This document shows, in pieces, positions 8,604-18,564 of a DNA stretch of 64,000 bases (its first letter is position 1; the number at the start of each line of letters is the position of its first letter). The position numbers and the translations under genes were made by a program. Origin of the DNA: Candidatus Nezhaarchaeota archaeon (GTDB lineage: Archaea; Thermoproteota; Methanomethylicia; Nezhaarchaeales; WYZ-LMO8). The notes under the pieces were generated by a model, which did no database searches, was not told where the DNA came from, and saw nothing but the letters and a program-made list of their open reading frames with translations. The stretch is taken from assembly GCA_030055465.1 (NCBI GenBank), contig JASFYF010000001.1, positions 698,447-762,446 of the forward strand, read 5' to 3'.

Positions 8604-9065
8604 CTACACCTCCCTAACTGCTACCTCTATGTGGACAAGCTGCCTGAAGAAAGGCGTGGATCTGCCGAAGGCTCTGGGCACGTACTTTTTCATCAATGAA
8701 CCTTTATGGGCGGCTGCGTGAACTATCACGAGCTTTTCAACGTCGAGGCCCTTATTCTCAGCGTTTGCCTCCACGTTTCTCAGCACTTTCAGGACTTCCT
8801 TCACAACCCTTACGGGGTATCCTCCGCTGGGATAACCACTGATGCCGCCATGATGAGCGCGCTTCCTCCTGAATCTGGTGAATGGTATAATCACTTCGTT
8901 CTTGAGGACTCCTTCTAAGAGCTCCTTAGCCTGGCTTAATCGCTTCCCCTTTATGAAGCGGCACACCTCTACAGCTTTCTTCCAGCTGATCCTTAGATCC
9001 CTGCCGGCAGCCTTCGCCATCTTGTCCGGGTCGTATCCCTGCAACGCGTACCCAAACTCTGGCAT
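8604..9065 (-). CDS. rpl22: 50S ribosomal protein L22 (uL22)
   Basis: DLRISWKKAVEVCRFIKG...FRRKRAHHGG is typical of uL22. Confidence 0.85.
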   Translation of the reverse strand: MPEFGYALQGYDPDKMAKAAGRDLRISWKKAVEVCRFIKGKRLSQAKELLEGVLKNEVIIPFTRFRRKRAHHGGISGYPSGGYPVRVVKEVLKVLRNVEANAENKGLDVEKLVIVHAAAHKGSLMKKYVPRAFGRSTPFFRQLVHIEVAVREV

Positions 9066-9149
9066 GGTTAATCCCCATTATTTGTGGGCTCAGTATTGGG
9101 AGAAAAAGCAAGCGCAGTCCTATAGGCTTTCCGCTAGCAACACTTATAT

Positions 9150-9163
9150 AATTGAGGGAGCTA
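9150..9163 (+). promoter_or_regulatory. Candidate TATA box (CTTATATAAT) for the independently transcribed rps19
   Basis: AT-rich palindromic TATA about 20-30 bp upstream of the rps19 ATG, consistent with a leaderless archaeal transcript. Confidence 0.3.
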
Positions 9164-9182
9164 GGAAAACTCGAGTCAAGCT

Positions 9183-9575
9183 ATGTCAAGTAAGTTTGCG
9201 TACAGGGGTTACACGCTTAGCCAGCTGCTCGAAATGCCCATGGATGAATTCATAAAGCTGCTTCCATCAAGGCAGAGAAGGGCCCTTTTAAGGGGCTTCA
9301 GCGAGGAGAAGAAGAAGCTCCTCGAGAAGATAAGAGAGCTAAAAAGCGGGAAGAGATCCATCGTCAGGACCCACATCCGAGACATGGTTGTGCTGCCAGA
9401 GATGGTGGGGGCGACAATTCACGTGTACAACGGCAAGGAATTCATCCCCGTGGCGGTAACCGAAGAGATGGTAGGCCACTACATAGGCGAGTTCGCCCTT
9501 ACTTGCAAGAAGGTGGAGCACGGAGAACCTGGTTTAAGGGCCACCCGCAGCTCGATGTACGTACCGCTCAAATAG
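9183..9575 (+). CDS. rps19: 30S ribosomal protein S19 (uS19), on the opposite strand to the rest of the operon
   Basis: [12 protein letters not shown]...RQRRALLRG...[25 protein letters not shown]...[20 protein letters not shown] is the uS19/S15e signature. TATA-like CTTATATAAT lies about 25 bp upstream. Confidence 0.85.
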   Translation: MSSKFAYRGYTLSQLLEMPMDEFIKLLPSRQRRALLRGFSEEKKKLLEKIRELKSGKRSIVRTHIRDMVVLPEMVGATIHVYNGKEFIPVAVTEEMVGHYIGEFALTCKKVEHGEPGLRATRSSMYVPLK

Positions 9576-9748
9576 CAGCGTATGTTAAGGGCAGCCTCAT
9601 CGGCGCCCGCCCTACCTTGTCGGTCTATCCAGCATTTGAAGCGCCGAAAAGCAGGGCCCCCACGGCCTACTTGTTGCATGCGAGATCTCGAGCTCAAGAG
9701 GCTTAGCATCAACGGCTAGGGGCAGCTTAGACCAAAACGTTGTAGCTC

Positions 9749-10468
9749 TTACTTTCTTCTTCCAGTTCTCCTGCTTGATATATGTCCTACCTTTGCTCCA
9801 GGCGGCGTGCCGTGGGTTACAGGCGTACCTCCTTTGGGGTGCGAGCCTCCTCCGTGCGGGTGCGCGTAAGCGCCCATTGCCTTCCCTCTAACCTCTGGGT
9901 ACTTCCAAGCCTTAACTTTAGATAGGTGGTACTTTGCACCAGCCTTCACGAAGGGCTTCTCTGTTCTGCCTCCACCAGCAGCTACACCTATCGTGGCCCT
10001 TGCAAATCCGCTTATAAGCCTCGTCTTGCCTGATGGTAGGCTAACGTATACGTTGTTGCCTGCGTGGCCTAGCACTACAGCATAGCAGCCGGAGCTGCGA
10101 ACTATGCGTCCGCCATCACCGTAATCCAGCTCCACGTTGAACACCTTAGTGCCGTCAGGCACGCTCTTAAGCGGCAGGATGTTGCCCGGGGCAAGCTCGG
10201 CTTTGCCTCCCACCTGGATCCTCTGGCCTTCTTTCAGCCTCTCCGCAGCTATGTTGTAGAACTTTAGTCCGTTGGATAGCTTTATGAGCGCCAGCGGTAC
10301 ACCTCTTCCAGGATCGTGAAGGATGGCCTCAACCCTTCCCTCCAAGGTTTCTTCAGTATCTTTGCTTCCCAAGTTGGGGTACTTGGCGGGCCCTATATGA
10401 ATCCACCGCGGGGAGGTGAAGACTGAGCCTCCACGCCCTTTACGTTGGGCGAGTATGCGCTTGCCCAT
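9749..10468 (-). CDS. rpl2: 50S ribosomal protein L2 (uL2)
   Basis: 239 aa. Contains GRGGS and the C-terminal HPHGGG motif. Confidence 0.9.
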   Translation of the reverse strand: MGKRILAQRKGRGGSVFTSPRWIHIGPAKYPNLGSKDTEETLEGRVEAILHDPGRGVPLALIKLSNGLKFYNIAAERLKEGQRIQVGGKAELAPGNILPLKSVPDGTKVFNVELDYGDGGRIVRSSGCYAVVLGHAGNNVYVSLPSGKTRLISGFARATIGVAAGGGRTEKPFVKAGAKYHLSKVKAWKYPEVRGKAMGAYAHPHGGGSHPKGGTPVTHGTPPGAKVGHISSRRTGRRK

Positions 10469-10484
10469 ATTACATCACCATAAA

Positions 10485-10763
10485 TTACAGTATTCCGAGC
10501 TTGACTGCTACCTCCGAGGCTTTATACTCTGGCTTCAGCCTTACGTAGGCCTTCTTTTCTCCTCTAGCAGTCACCATTATGTTTACCTTTTCAACTTTAA
10601 CGTTAAACAAATGTTCCACGGCCTCCTTTACCAATGGCTTGTTGGCCCCCATGTCTACCATGAATGTTAACGTGTTGTTCTTCTCCACGAGTGACAACGC
10701 CTTTTCAGACATTAGTGGCCTTAAAACCACGTCGTAGTATTTTAGATCTCCAGCCTTCTCCAC
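10485..10763 (-). CDS. rpl23: 50S ribosomal protein L23 (uL23)
   Basis: 92 aa. Contains NTLTFMVD...KV, in the operon position. Confidence 0.85.
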   Translation of the reverse strand: MEKAGDLKYYDVVLRPLMSEKALSLVEKNNTLTFMVDMGANKPLVKEAVEHLFNVKVEKVNIMVTARGEKKAYVRLKPEYKASEVAVKLGIL

Positions 10764-10767
10764 GCCG

Positions 10768-11562
10768 TTAAACCTCCTTCACCATTTTCCTTATGGCCTC
10801 CTCGCTCCAGACGGTTAGGCGGCCCGGGACGCCTCCAGGAGCCAAGTGCATAACGGACAGATTGCCTACGTAAGCAACTGTGACTCCGGGCAAGTTCCTG
10901 AAAGCCTTTGCAGCCTTACATTTTCCCGAGAGGACCACGAGCAGGCTCCTTCCTTCCTTATACCTTCTTCCCCTCATTTTACCTTTACCGGCCCTCACCT
11001 TGACCCTTTCGCGCACCCGCAACACGTCACTCCATAATCCCAGCTTCACCAGGAGCTCCCTTGCCTGCCTTGTTTCTTCCAGGTCTTCCACGTCCTTCTT
11101 TAAGATTATTGGCAAAGCCAGCTTCTCTGAGAGAATGTGCCCCCTCTTAAGGACCAGCTCCCTATTGGCTGTTGCCGCTATAGCCGAGGTTATTGCCAAC
11201 TTCTTCTCCTTCTTGTTTATTCTTTCGCGAATGACCTTTTCGACGCAAGGAGCATGCGCTCTCCTACCGCCCACAGCCATGGTCACGAAGGCAGCGTGCG
11301 CGGCTTTCGGGTACCTTCCCCCCTTCACTCTGGGCACCCTTGCAACTCCGTGGCCGACGCCCCAGCTCTCGGCCGTAGTCCGCTTGCCGGCCATGGGATC
11401 TCTTCCTTGAGGTTGAATCCTCGCGGTGAACGCTGCGAGGTAGGCACGCTTGATAATGTCTTCCCTGACCTCACAGGCGAAGACTTCTGGGACTCCTATC
11501 CTGCCTGCCTCGTTTCCTTCGAGGTCGTAGACTGGCACCAGTTTGCCTTCACTCAACTTCAA
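10768..11562 (-). CDS. rpl4: 50S ribosomal protein L4 (uL4 / L1e)
   Basis: 264 aa. Basic protein. Operon position between L3 and L23. Confidence 0.85.
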   Translation of the reverse strand: MKLSEGKLVPVYDLEGNEAGRIGVPEVFACEVREDIIKRAYLAAFTARIQPQGRDPMAGKRTTAESWGVGHGVARVPRVKGGRYPKAAHAAFVTMAVGGRRAHAPCVEKVIRERINKKEKKLAITSAIAATANRELVLKRGHILSEKLALPIILKKDVEDLEETRQARELLVKLGLWSDVLRVRERVKVRAGKGKMRGRRYKEGRSLLVVLSGKCKAAKAFRNLPGVTVAYVGNLSVMHLAPGGVPGRLTVWSEEAIRKMVKEV

Positions 11563-12587
11563 CCACCCTGTTTAGAATCGAGGTTTACCTCCACGATTTT
11601 GGGGGCCGTTGTTGGAGGGCTTCGGGGGGGCCTAATAGCATACCTAAGCTTCACCAATCTGCCTTTGGGGCCGGGTATTGATCCGAGCATCATTATGTAC
11701 TGCCCCCTGACAATTCCATAGTTTACGAATCCCCCCTTCACCGTAACGCTAAAGCCATCGTCACCTATGTCCAGTATCCTTTTATTGTACTCAGTCCTCT
11801 GATGGAAGCCCAGCTGGCCTGGTCTCGGAATGCTGTAGGTCATGTTCGGATGTCTTGGTCCAACGCTTCCTATCCTCCGATGCCCTTTACGGTGTTTATG
11901 CCATCGGGGCATCACCTTCACGCCGTAACGCCTCACAACCCCTTGAAAGCCTTTGCCTTTGCTTACAGTGGTCACGTCGACGTACTGGCCGGCCTTGAAC
12001 ACATCGGTGGCCTTAACGTCTTTGCCAAGAATCGATAGCGCGTAATCCCAAGCTTCCCGGGCGCTTCGAGCTCCAACCTTTATCTCCATTATCTCAGGAG
12101 TCTTTTTCCTCAACCCGGAGAGCCTGGGCCTTGTGCACGCCAGCACCCTTACTTCGGAGGCCCTTTCAAGCATTTCCTGCGCTTTCGCCATGGCCCTTTC
12201 CTTGTCGTAACTTCCAGGTAGAGGAGCCCTCCTTTTCAGATCTGCAGGGCAATTATCTGCAAGAACTTCACATATGCTCTTTAAGCCCTCAGGGGTTCTG
12301 GAATAAAGCCTCACCCCGAAGACGAAGATGGGTGGGGCATCAAGTATTGTCACTGCCCTAACCCTCTCCCTGCCGTAGAATGGGCTCGTAGCCCTATCTT
12401 CAACGATAACCGCATGCGTCATGCCGGCCTTATAGGCCGCAAAGCCGAGCAGCTGTGGTTTTTCAGCTGGCAGCTCAGGCCAGCTTCTAATCCTGGCGAC
12501 TATTGATCTAGCCCTCACCCTTGGGTAAAAGCTTAATGAGCCTCTGCGAGGTGCGTGAACTCCACGTCCCAATTTGAAACCCCTCAA
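11559..12587 (-). CDS. rpl3: 50S ribosomal protein L3 (uL3)
   Basis: 342 aa. Contains FAAYKAGMTH. First gene of the operon, with an AT-rich TATA region upstream at about 12630-12650. Confidence 0.9.
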   Translation of the reverse strand: MRGFKLGRGVHAPRRGSLSFYPRVRARSIVARIRSWPELPAEKPQLLGFAAYKAGMTHAVIVEDRATSPFYGRERVRAVTILDAPPIFVFGVRLYSRTPEGLKSICEVLADNCPADLKRRAPLPGSYDKERAMAKAQEMLERASEVRVLACTRPRLSGLRKKTPEIMEIKVGARSAREAWDYALSILGKDVKATDVFKAGQYVDVTTVSKGKGFQGVVRRYGVKVMPRWHKHRKGHRRIGSVGPRHPNMTYSIPRPGQLGFHQRTEYNKRILDIGDDGFSVTVKGGFVNYGIVRGQYIMMLGSIPGPKGRLVKLRYAIRPPRSPPTTAPKIVEVNLDSKQGG

Positions 12588-12923
12588 ACTGTGGCTAACG
12601 AGGTTTTGGAGAGTAAGACGTGTGCCCCTATTTTAATTTTTTATTTCCATATCGATGTAATCTGAGCCCGCTAGCATCAGCAGCCCTCTAGGATCCCTCA
12701 AAATGCGGGTTGGCGGCCCTCACTTCTTGAATTTCTGCTGGCATTGATGGTAGCCGGAGCCCTAAGAGATGCCGTTAAGTAGGTGCATGGACCCCATAGC
12801 ATTGACGTTGCATTGTCAGCTGCGTGGAGCGCAGCTCAAATAGACGTGAAAGAGACGACGCTAAACTTCCAGGGAACTAATCGAGAAGCCCCTAGGGTCT
12901 TAGTGAGGGACCTGCACGTGCAT

Positions 12924-13802
12924 TTAGGAATTTTTAGGTGCTTTGGGGCCGTGTGCTTCATATAAGAACCTTAATATGGCCAACGTCGCGCAGAGTGCCT
13001 CCTCAACCCTGACGGTCTTAGTGCCTTGACCTGGTAAGAAATTTAATGTGAAGTCCACGCATTCCTCCAGATTAAATCCCTCCGCTTTCGCTATATCGTA
13101 AAGCCCGGTAAAGGGCGAACCAAACAAGAGCACTACGTTGCCTTCCCGCTTCGTAATGATGTCTGCCACCTTAAGCGCTTCGTCGTGTACGCGTTTACCG
13201 TACCTCGAAGTTGCTATGATTGCCGCTACTCCTTTAAACAACTCTATAAGCTTCCTCAGACCTACATCCTTCGCCTCAACCTTGAACCCGAAGTAGTGGG
13301 GGACGTCGCTCCTATCCACCAGCTCCGCTTTTAACGCCGCGCCATCCTTAGAAAGCCTCAACACAACCCTGTCTCCACGGCGCAGGCTAGCATCCAAATT
13401 CAAGCTAACGCATCTTTCAAGGCCCACGTCCACGATGTATCGGTTTCCTCTTCTTCGCCCTAGGACTAGCCCCTCCCTGTATGAGATTTCCGGGAGATCC
13501 CGGATTCCCCTTTCTAGCGGGTGATTGGGCGTGTTGAGTGGAGGCATGAGCCCGGCATACTTTAAGTCCGGGTCCAGCCTGAAGACCCTCTTTCTCAAGT
13601 ACTGGGGGCAAGCTATGTAGTTGAAGAGCTTTGAAAGCAAGGGCCTTTCGTCGAGATTGCTGGTTTTATCTACGTACAACACAAGCTCTTCAACCCTGAA
13701 AACTGAGAGGACTCGAGCTATGAACCCTACCTTCATTGTCTTCTCAGCTAGGGATGCGCTCTCGGCCGTTAACGTTGAGGGAAGGGCAACCGTTATTCTC
13801 AA
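12924..13802 (-). CDS. Putative SPOUT-family RNA methyltransferase (COG2106/DUF171-like)
   Basis: 292 aa. Often adjacent to ribosomal operons in archaea. Assignment is by general similarity only. Confidence 0.45.
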   Translation of the reverse strand: MRITVALPSTLTAESASLAEKTMKVGFIARVLSVFRVEELVLYVDKTSNLDERPLLSKLFNYIACPQYLRKRVFRLDPDLKYAGLMPPLNTPNHPLERGIRDLPEISYREGLVLGRRRGNRYIVDVGLERCVSLNLDASLRRGDRVVLRLSKDGAALKAELVDRSDVPHYFGFKVEAKDVGLRKLIELFKGVAAIIATSRYGKRVHDEALKVADIITKREGNVVLLFGSPFTGLYDIAKAEGFNLEECVDFTLNFLPGQGTKTVRVEEALCATLAILRFLYEAHGPKAPKNS

Positions 13803-13924
13803 CTTTCTCAGCTCTCAGCATTAAAGATAAATCCCACCGGTACAAGAATTTTAGCGGCCGATGAAGAGCTTGCCGAGTGTTGAGCACGTGAAAGACCATT
13901 CATGGACTGAGGCCTTAAGCACGC

Positions 13925-14674
13925 GTGGTGGCCTTGATGGTGGGCTTCATATCTCGCAAGGCAGTTGTAAAGACCCCGCTTGTGTCTTCAACCGCTAAGA
14001 TCTACGGTGCCAGCGTGGTATGCGAGGGCAGCGTTGTTGATGACATGGTTGTGCTCGGGTACCCCAAGCGCCAGGGACTTATGAACGCATTGAAGCAGGG
14101 CGGCGCCCAAAGAACATTAGAGTCCCTGCTGGATGAGGCGAGTGGAGGATGCAAGGTGGGTAAAGGCTGCGTCTTGCGCAGCGGCTCCATAATTTACGAG
14201 GCTACAGAGGTATCTGATGAAGTCCAGTTTGGGCACTACGTGCTTGTCCGAGAAGACACGAAGATAGGCAGCGGCTCGCTTATAGGGTCCTACAGCGTAA
14301 TAGAGGGATCGTGCAGCATAGGCAGCAGGGTCAACGTACAGTCGAACGTGTTCATACCTAGGGAGACCGTGATAGAAGATGGCGTATTTCTAGGGCCTAA
14401 CGTCGTCATAACGAATGACAGGTACCCGCCAAGCGGAAGGCTGGTTTGCACTCGGATTTGCAGGGGAGCCGTGGTATCGGCGAATGCGATAATAATAGCG
14501 GGCGTCAGCGTAGGGGCCGACTCCTTCGTGGCGGCTGGGAGCATCGTCACTAAAGATGTGCCAGAGGGATGCGCTGTGAGAGGGGTGCCGGCGAGACCGT
14601 TTAGCACAACACGAGAGATCCTCAAGAAGAGGGAGGAATACCTTAAAGAAGGGAGCTGTAGGCCTCCACGCTAA
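13925..14674 (+). CDS. Hexapeptide-repeat (left-handed beta-helix) acyl/acetyltransferase
   Basis: Repeated [LIV]GxxxxI hexapeptide periodicity across residues 90-210. Confidence 0.6.
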   Translation: MVALMVGFISRKAVVKTPLVSSTAKIYGASVVCEGSVVDDMVVLGYPKRQGLMNALKQGGAQRTLESLLDEASGGCKVGKGCVLRSGSIIYEATEVSDEVQFGHYVLVREDTKIGSGSLIGSYSVIEGSCSIGSRVNVQSNVFIPRETVIEDGVFLGPNVVITNDRYPPSGRLVCTRICRGAVVSANAIIIAGVSVGADSFVAAGSIVTKDVPEGCAVRGVPARPFSTTREILKKREEYLKEGSCRPPR

Positions 14675-15096
14675 ATGTCCAACACGAACCTTATGACGCA
14701 GAGCCCCGGCCCCTCCCTTATCTCCATTAAGTGGTAGGTTGCAGCCTTCACCGCGCGCATCGACGTGTGGCGCTTGGGATCGTATTTTTCACCCAGCACA
14801 GCTGCTTTAAGCCTGAAGCCGTCATCAACCTTGGCTATCTCCTCAACTGTGACCTCCGAACCCAAGAAACCTTTGGCATCGAAGAGGTATAGGAGCTCTT
14901 CAAGCCAATTGTAAAGCAAAGAGTGAAGGTCGAATCCGTTGACTTCAACGTCCACCTTTTCCAAGGGCTTAACTCTACCTATGTCTGTCATAACTCTGTA
15001 GAGCGCCTTCCCGCAAAGCGAAAATGCCTCTCTAAGCGTTTCAGCTGTAACCTCCACGTATACGTCGGCAGGGTGGTCGAGGAACCTTATGCTCAA
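14671..15096 (-). CDS. Archease (tRNA-splicing ligase RtcB activator)
   Basis: FLDHPADVYVEV...KAATYHLMEI matches the archease family motifs. Confidence 0.8.
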   Translation of the reverse strand: MSIRFLDHPADVYVEVTAETLREAFSLCGKALYRVMTDIGRVKPLEKVDVEVNGFDLHSLLYNWLEELLYLFDAKGFLGSEVTVEEIAKVDDGFRLKAAVLGEKYDPKRHTSMRAVKAATYHLMEIREGPGLCVIRFVLDI

Positions 15097-15136
15097 GCTT
15101 CGAGACCCCTTTTCTCCGCTTCACGTGCATCTTCAT

Positions 15137-15224
15137 TGGCGCCGGGAGCGGGATTCGAACCCGCGAGGCCCAAAGGGCCACCAGCTCTCAAGGCTGGCGC
15201 CTTGGTCCACTCGGCCATCCCGGC
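15137..15224 (-). tRNA. tRNA-Ser (anticodon TGA) with long variable arm and encoded CCA
   Basis: Reverse complement reads GCCGGGATGGCCGAGTGG...CCAGCCTTGAGAGCTGG...GGGTTCGAATCCCGCTCCCGGCGCCA. The 7-nt anticodon loop is cTTGAga. Has a class II long extra arm and a T-loop GGTTCGAATCC. Confidence 0.8.
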
Positions 15225-15273
15225 TTAGATAGCTCAAGCTTATTTCTGGCTAAAAGCTTTCCCCCTTAATGGT

Positions 15274-18200
15274 TCAACATCTCTTCTTGACGTGGATCAT
15301 TAGCTTTAGCCCCTCTATGTCCCAGTCTTTCGAGTACCACTCGGGCAGTTGGGCGGGAGGTTTACTTGTTACCTCTAATTCCTTTGCTCTCACCTCGTTT
15401 TTCAGGTATTCGAGGTTTCTTTCCGGAAGCCCTTTAAGGGAGCCATCTTTGACCTCTATGATCAAGTCTATGTAATCCTCTATGCCTAGGTTCATTTCTT
15501 TACGCATGTACTGCACCCTGCGGACTATTTCTCGGGTGATAGCTTCAGCCTCCAACTCTTCATCTCTGCTGGCATCCAAGCCTACAAGCATGTACTTGCC
15601 TATGGCGAAGACCCATTTTGAACCCTCCCTTAAATCCACGACCTCCACGTCATCGCTATCCACTTCAACGCTTTCTCCGTCCACCTTGAGGCTGAGCTTG
15701 CCGTGGAGACATAGCGCCCGCAGAGCCTCCTCAGCCTCCATCCTTTCGAGGCCTTCGATAACCCTTGAGGTATAACCTTTAATCTTTGCTTCGCCGGGTT
15801 CTCCCTTGAACATCAGTTTTAAGTGAAACCCTCTGGGGGGACCATCAACCAGCGTGACGTTTCGGGAGTTAGCTTGCTCTCGTAGGACCTTTTGGAAGCT
15901 CTTCAGCTTGTCGAGCACGTCACTCCTAAACGAAACCACCACCACGTTAGAGATGGGCCACCGACTTTTGAGCTTGGCCTTCTGCCGCGCGCTAGCTACG
16001 AGCGTTAAGGCCGTTGCAAGGTGCTCAGCTCCTTCCTCGAGGTCTCTCCGGATTAGTTTCTTATCCGGCGTAGGCCAGTCAGTCATGAAGATGCTTTCCT
16101 CGGTGCGTCCCCCAACCCTTTTAATGAAACATTGGTAGACCCACTCGGCGAAGTGTGGGACAAATGGCGCAATGAGCTTCAAAGCCCTTTCCAACACGTA
16201 GAAGAGCACGGCGTAAGCCGTCAGCTTTTCCGGGTCCTCGCTCTCCAGCCACACCCTCCTCCTAATGTACCTTATGTACCCGTGGCTCACGTCCTCAAGC
16301 AAGAAGTTCACTATTGCTTTAGCCGCTTCATGAACGTTTAGCGCCTCCAAGCTTCGGGTTACGTTATCTGTAACAGTCTGGATCCTCGAAAGCAACCACA
16401 AATCCTCTGCCGCGAGCCTGTCAAGGACCCCTTCAATTGGAAGCCTCTCCGCGGTGAAGGAGTCCAGATCCATGTATGTGCTTGCGAACTTGAAGGCATT
16501 GAATATTGTGTTGAGTAGCCTCTTGGTTGCTTTCAACTCTTCTAGGTCAAAGTTCAAAGCGTCCCAGGGGGCTGCCTTCATAACTAAGTGTAAGCGCAGC
16601 GGATCCACGCCTTCCTTCTCCATCAACTCGAGGGCCCAAACCACGTTGCCTCTACTCTTCGACATTTTCTGGCCTGATTTGTCTAGGACGTGTCCTTGGC
16701 AGAGCACCCTTTTATAGGGCGCTTTGCCGAAAAGCATGACGCTTGTGAAGAGGAGCGAGAAGAACCACCCTCTAGTTTGATCCACCGCTTCAGTTATGAA
16801 ATCGTAGGGGAAGAGCCTCCTGAACGTTGATGGATCTCTAAGGAAGTTGACGCTTGCCGCGTGCGCCACGCCGGAATCCAACCAGCAGTCCAGCACGTGG
16901 ACTTCGCGGCTCATTGTTCCGCCGCAGGATGGACACTTGAGCGTGACCGAGTCAATCCAAGGTCTGTGAAGTTCTAGGCCGTCTAGGCTCGTAGTTGACA
17001 TTCGCTTAAGTTCCTCAACAGAGCCTACGCAGGCCCTCCGACCGCAGCTCCTGCAAGTCCATACGTTCAGCGGCGAGCCCCATACGCGTAGGCGCGAGAT
17101 GCACCAGTCCCTCGCATTTGCTATCCAGTTGCGGAACCTGGCCTCCCCAGCCCATGAGGGAACCCATCGGATGCGCTCGTTTTCGCTTAAGATTGCGTCT
17201 TTTATCGGCTCTATCCTGAGGAACCATTGCTTGTCGGCCCTGTAGATGAGGGGGGTATTGCACCTCCAGCAGTGAGGGTATTCGTGGAGTATCCTCCCTT
17301 CATGGACTAGCAAGTTTTTGGCCTTCAAGTCGCGAATTATCAGTTTATTTGCGTCCTTCACGTATAGCCCCTTATACTTGCCCGCCTCCTCGGTGTAGAG
17401 GCCATTTGCATCAACCGGGCAAAAGATGGGGAGCGAGTACCTACGTCCAACCTCAAAATCCTCTGGTCCATGAGCCGGGGCAATGTGCACGCAGCCCGTG
17501 CCCTCCTCCATGCTGACCTCTCCATCGCATACTACCACGTGGGCACTCTTGTGGCTGCCGTGCTCGGGCACCTCCCCTATTAGGGGGTGAACATACTTTA
17601 AGCCCTTGAGCTCCGAGCCGAGGAGCCTCCCAACGACCTTGTAGTTGTTCAAGTTGATTTCGTTCATCACCTTTTCGAGGCGTTTTTCAGCTATAATCCA
17701 GCTCTCATCGTTTACCTGCACCTCAACGTAGTACTCGTCGGGGTGGACGCATACAGCTTCGTTCGCGGGAAGGGTCCACGGGGTCGTCGTCCATATAACT
17801 AGGTGGCAATGCCTCCTGTCGAGAAGCTGGCACTTCACGTAAATTGATGGGTCCTCGGCGCTCGCGTAGCCCAACGCGACTTCTTGGTCTGAAAGCGGCG
17901 TTTCGCATCGCGGGCAAAACGCTATGACCTTAAGGTCTTCGATGAGCAGTCCCTTCTCGTAGGCTTGTTTAAGAGCCCACCATACGAACTCTATGTACTC
18001 GTTTCTTCGAGTTTCGTAAGCGTTGTCGTAGTCCAACCATAAGCCTAGGACCTCTGAAGCCCTCCTCCAGTGGTTCAAGTAGAAATCGACGAGCTTGCTG
18101 CACTCCCTTGCGAACTTCTCATAGCCTATCCTCTCTATCTCCTTCTTCGACTTTAAGCCTAGGATCTTCTCGGTTTCAAGCTCGACGGGCAACCCCTGCG

Positions 18201-18468
18201 TGTCCCAGCCAGCCCTGTTCCAGACGTCGTAGCCCTGCATGAGCTTAAACCTAATCACTACGTCTTTCAGCGTTCTCCCCCTCGCGTGCCCCACATGCAT
18301 GAAGCCGTTGGCTGTGGGTGGGCCTTCCAGGAAGGCGAAGACCTCTCCGCCTCGCCTCGCAGCGAAGCACCTGCCAGCTACGTTGCCGGTGGCCCAAAGG
18401 CTTCTCACGGCTTCTTCAACCTTGCGAGGATCATACTGTTTAAAGTCCATGATTTTCACATCCAACAT
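15274..18468 (-). CDS. ileS: Isoleucyl-tRNA synthetase
   Basis: 1064 aa. HIGH-type motif PPTANGFMHVGHARG, WCISRLRVWG, KMSKSRGN. Confidence 0.9.
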   Translation of the reverse strand: MLDVKIMDFKQYDPRKVEEAVRSLWATGNVAGRCFAARRGGEVFAFLEGPPTANGFMHVGHARGRTLKDVVIRFKLMQGYDVWNRAGWDTQGLPVELETEKILGLKSKKEIERIGYEKFARECSKLVDFYLNHWRRASEVLGLWLDYDNAYETRRNEYIEFVWWALKQAYEKGLLIEDLKVIAFCPRCETPLSDQEVALGYASAEDPSIYVKCQLLDRRHCHLVIWTTTPWTLPANEAVCVHPDEYYVEVQVNDESWIIAEKRLEKVMNEINLNNYKVVGRLLGSELKGLKYVHPLIGEVPEHGSHKSAHVVVCDGEVSMEEGTGCVHIAPAHGPEDFEVGRRYSLPIFCPVDANGLYTEEAGKYKGLYVKDANKLIIRDLKAKNLLVHEGRILHEYPHCWRCNTPLIYRADKQWFLRIEPIKDAILSENERIRWVPSWAGEARFRNWIANARDWCISRLRVWGSPLNVWTCRSCGRRACVGSVEELKRMSTTSLDGLELHRPWIDSVTLKCPSCGGTMSREVHVLDCWLDSGVAHAASVNFLRDPSTFRRLFPYDFITEAVDQTRGWFFSLLFTSVMLFGKAPYKRVLCQGHVLDKSGQKMSKSRGNVVWALELMEKEGVDPLRLHLVMKAAPWDALNFDLEELKATKRLLNTIFNAFKFASTYMDLDSFTAERLPIEGVLDRLAAEDLWLLSRIQTVTDNVTRSLEALNVHEAAKAIVNFLLEDVSHGYIRYIRRRVWLESEDPEKLTAYAVLFYVLERALKLIAPFVPHFAEWVYQCFIKRVGGRTEESIFMTDWPTPDKKLIRRDLEEGAEHLATALTLVASARQKAKLKSRWPISNVVVVSFRSDVLDKLKSFQKVLREQANSRNVTLVDGPPRGFHLKLMFKGEPGEAKIKGYTSRVIEGLERMEAEEALRALCLHGKLSLKVDGESVEVDSDDVEVVDLREGSKWVFAIGKYMLVGLDASRDEELEAEAITREIVRRVQYMRKEMNLGIEDYIDLIIEVKDGSLKGLPERNLEYLKNEVRAKELEVTSKPPAQLPEWYSKDWDIEGLKLMIHVKKRC

Positions 18469-18564
18469 GAATGTGCCTTATCAAGGCGCTTGGCCCATCT
18501 CATCTACGGCAAATAGCGTTGAAGCACTAAACCTAAAAGCTTTAAGCCCAGCCTAAAAAGAGTT

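Noticed and set aside
10846-12361. Multiple 60-190-aa ORFs antisense to rpl3/rpl4 (e.g. 10880-11410 +, 11137-11721 +, 12131-12361 +)
   Set aside because: They lie entirely within well-supported ribosomal protein genes on the opposite strand and have low-complexity Ser/Pro/Leu-rich translations typical of high-GC antisense frames.
12588-12923. Attempt to assign the gap upstream of rpl3 to SRP RNA or RNase P RNA
   Set aside because: The conserved motifs (SRP helix-8 GGAAGG/AGCA core; RNase P CR-I GGAAAGTCCGGGCTCC) could not be found on either strand by eye.
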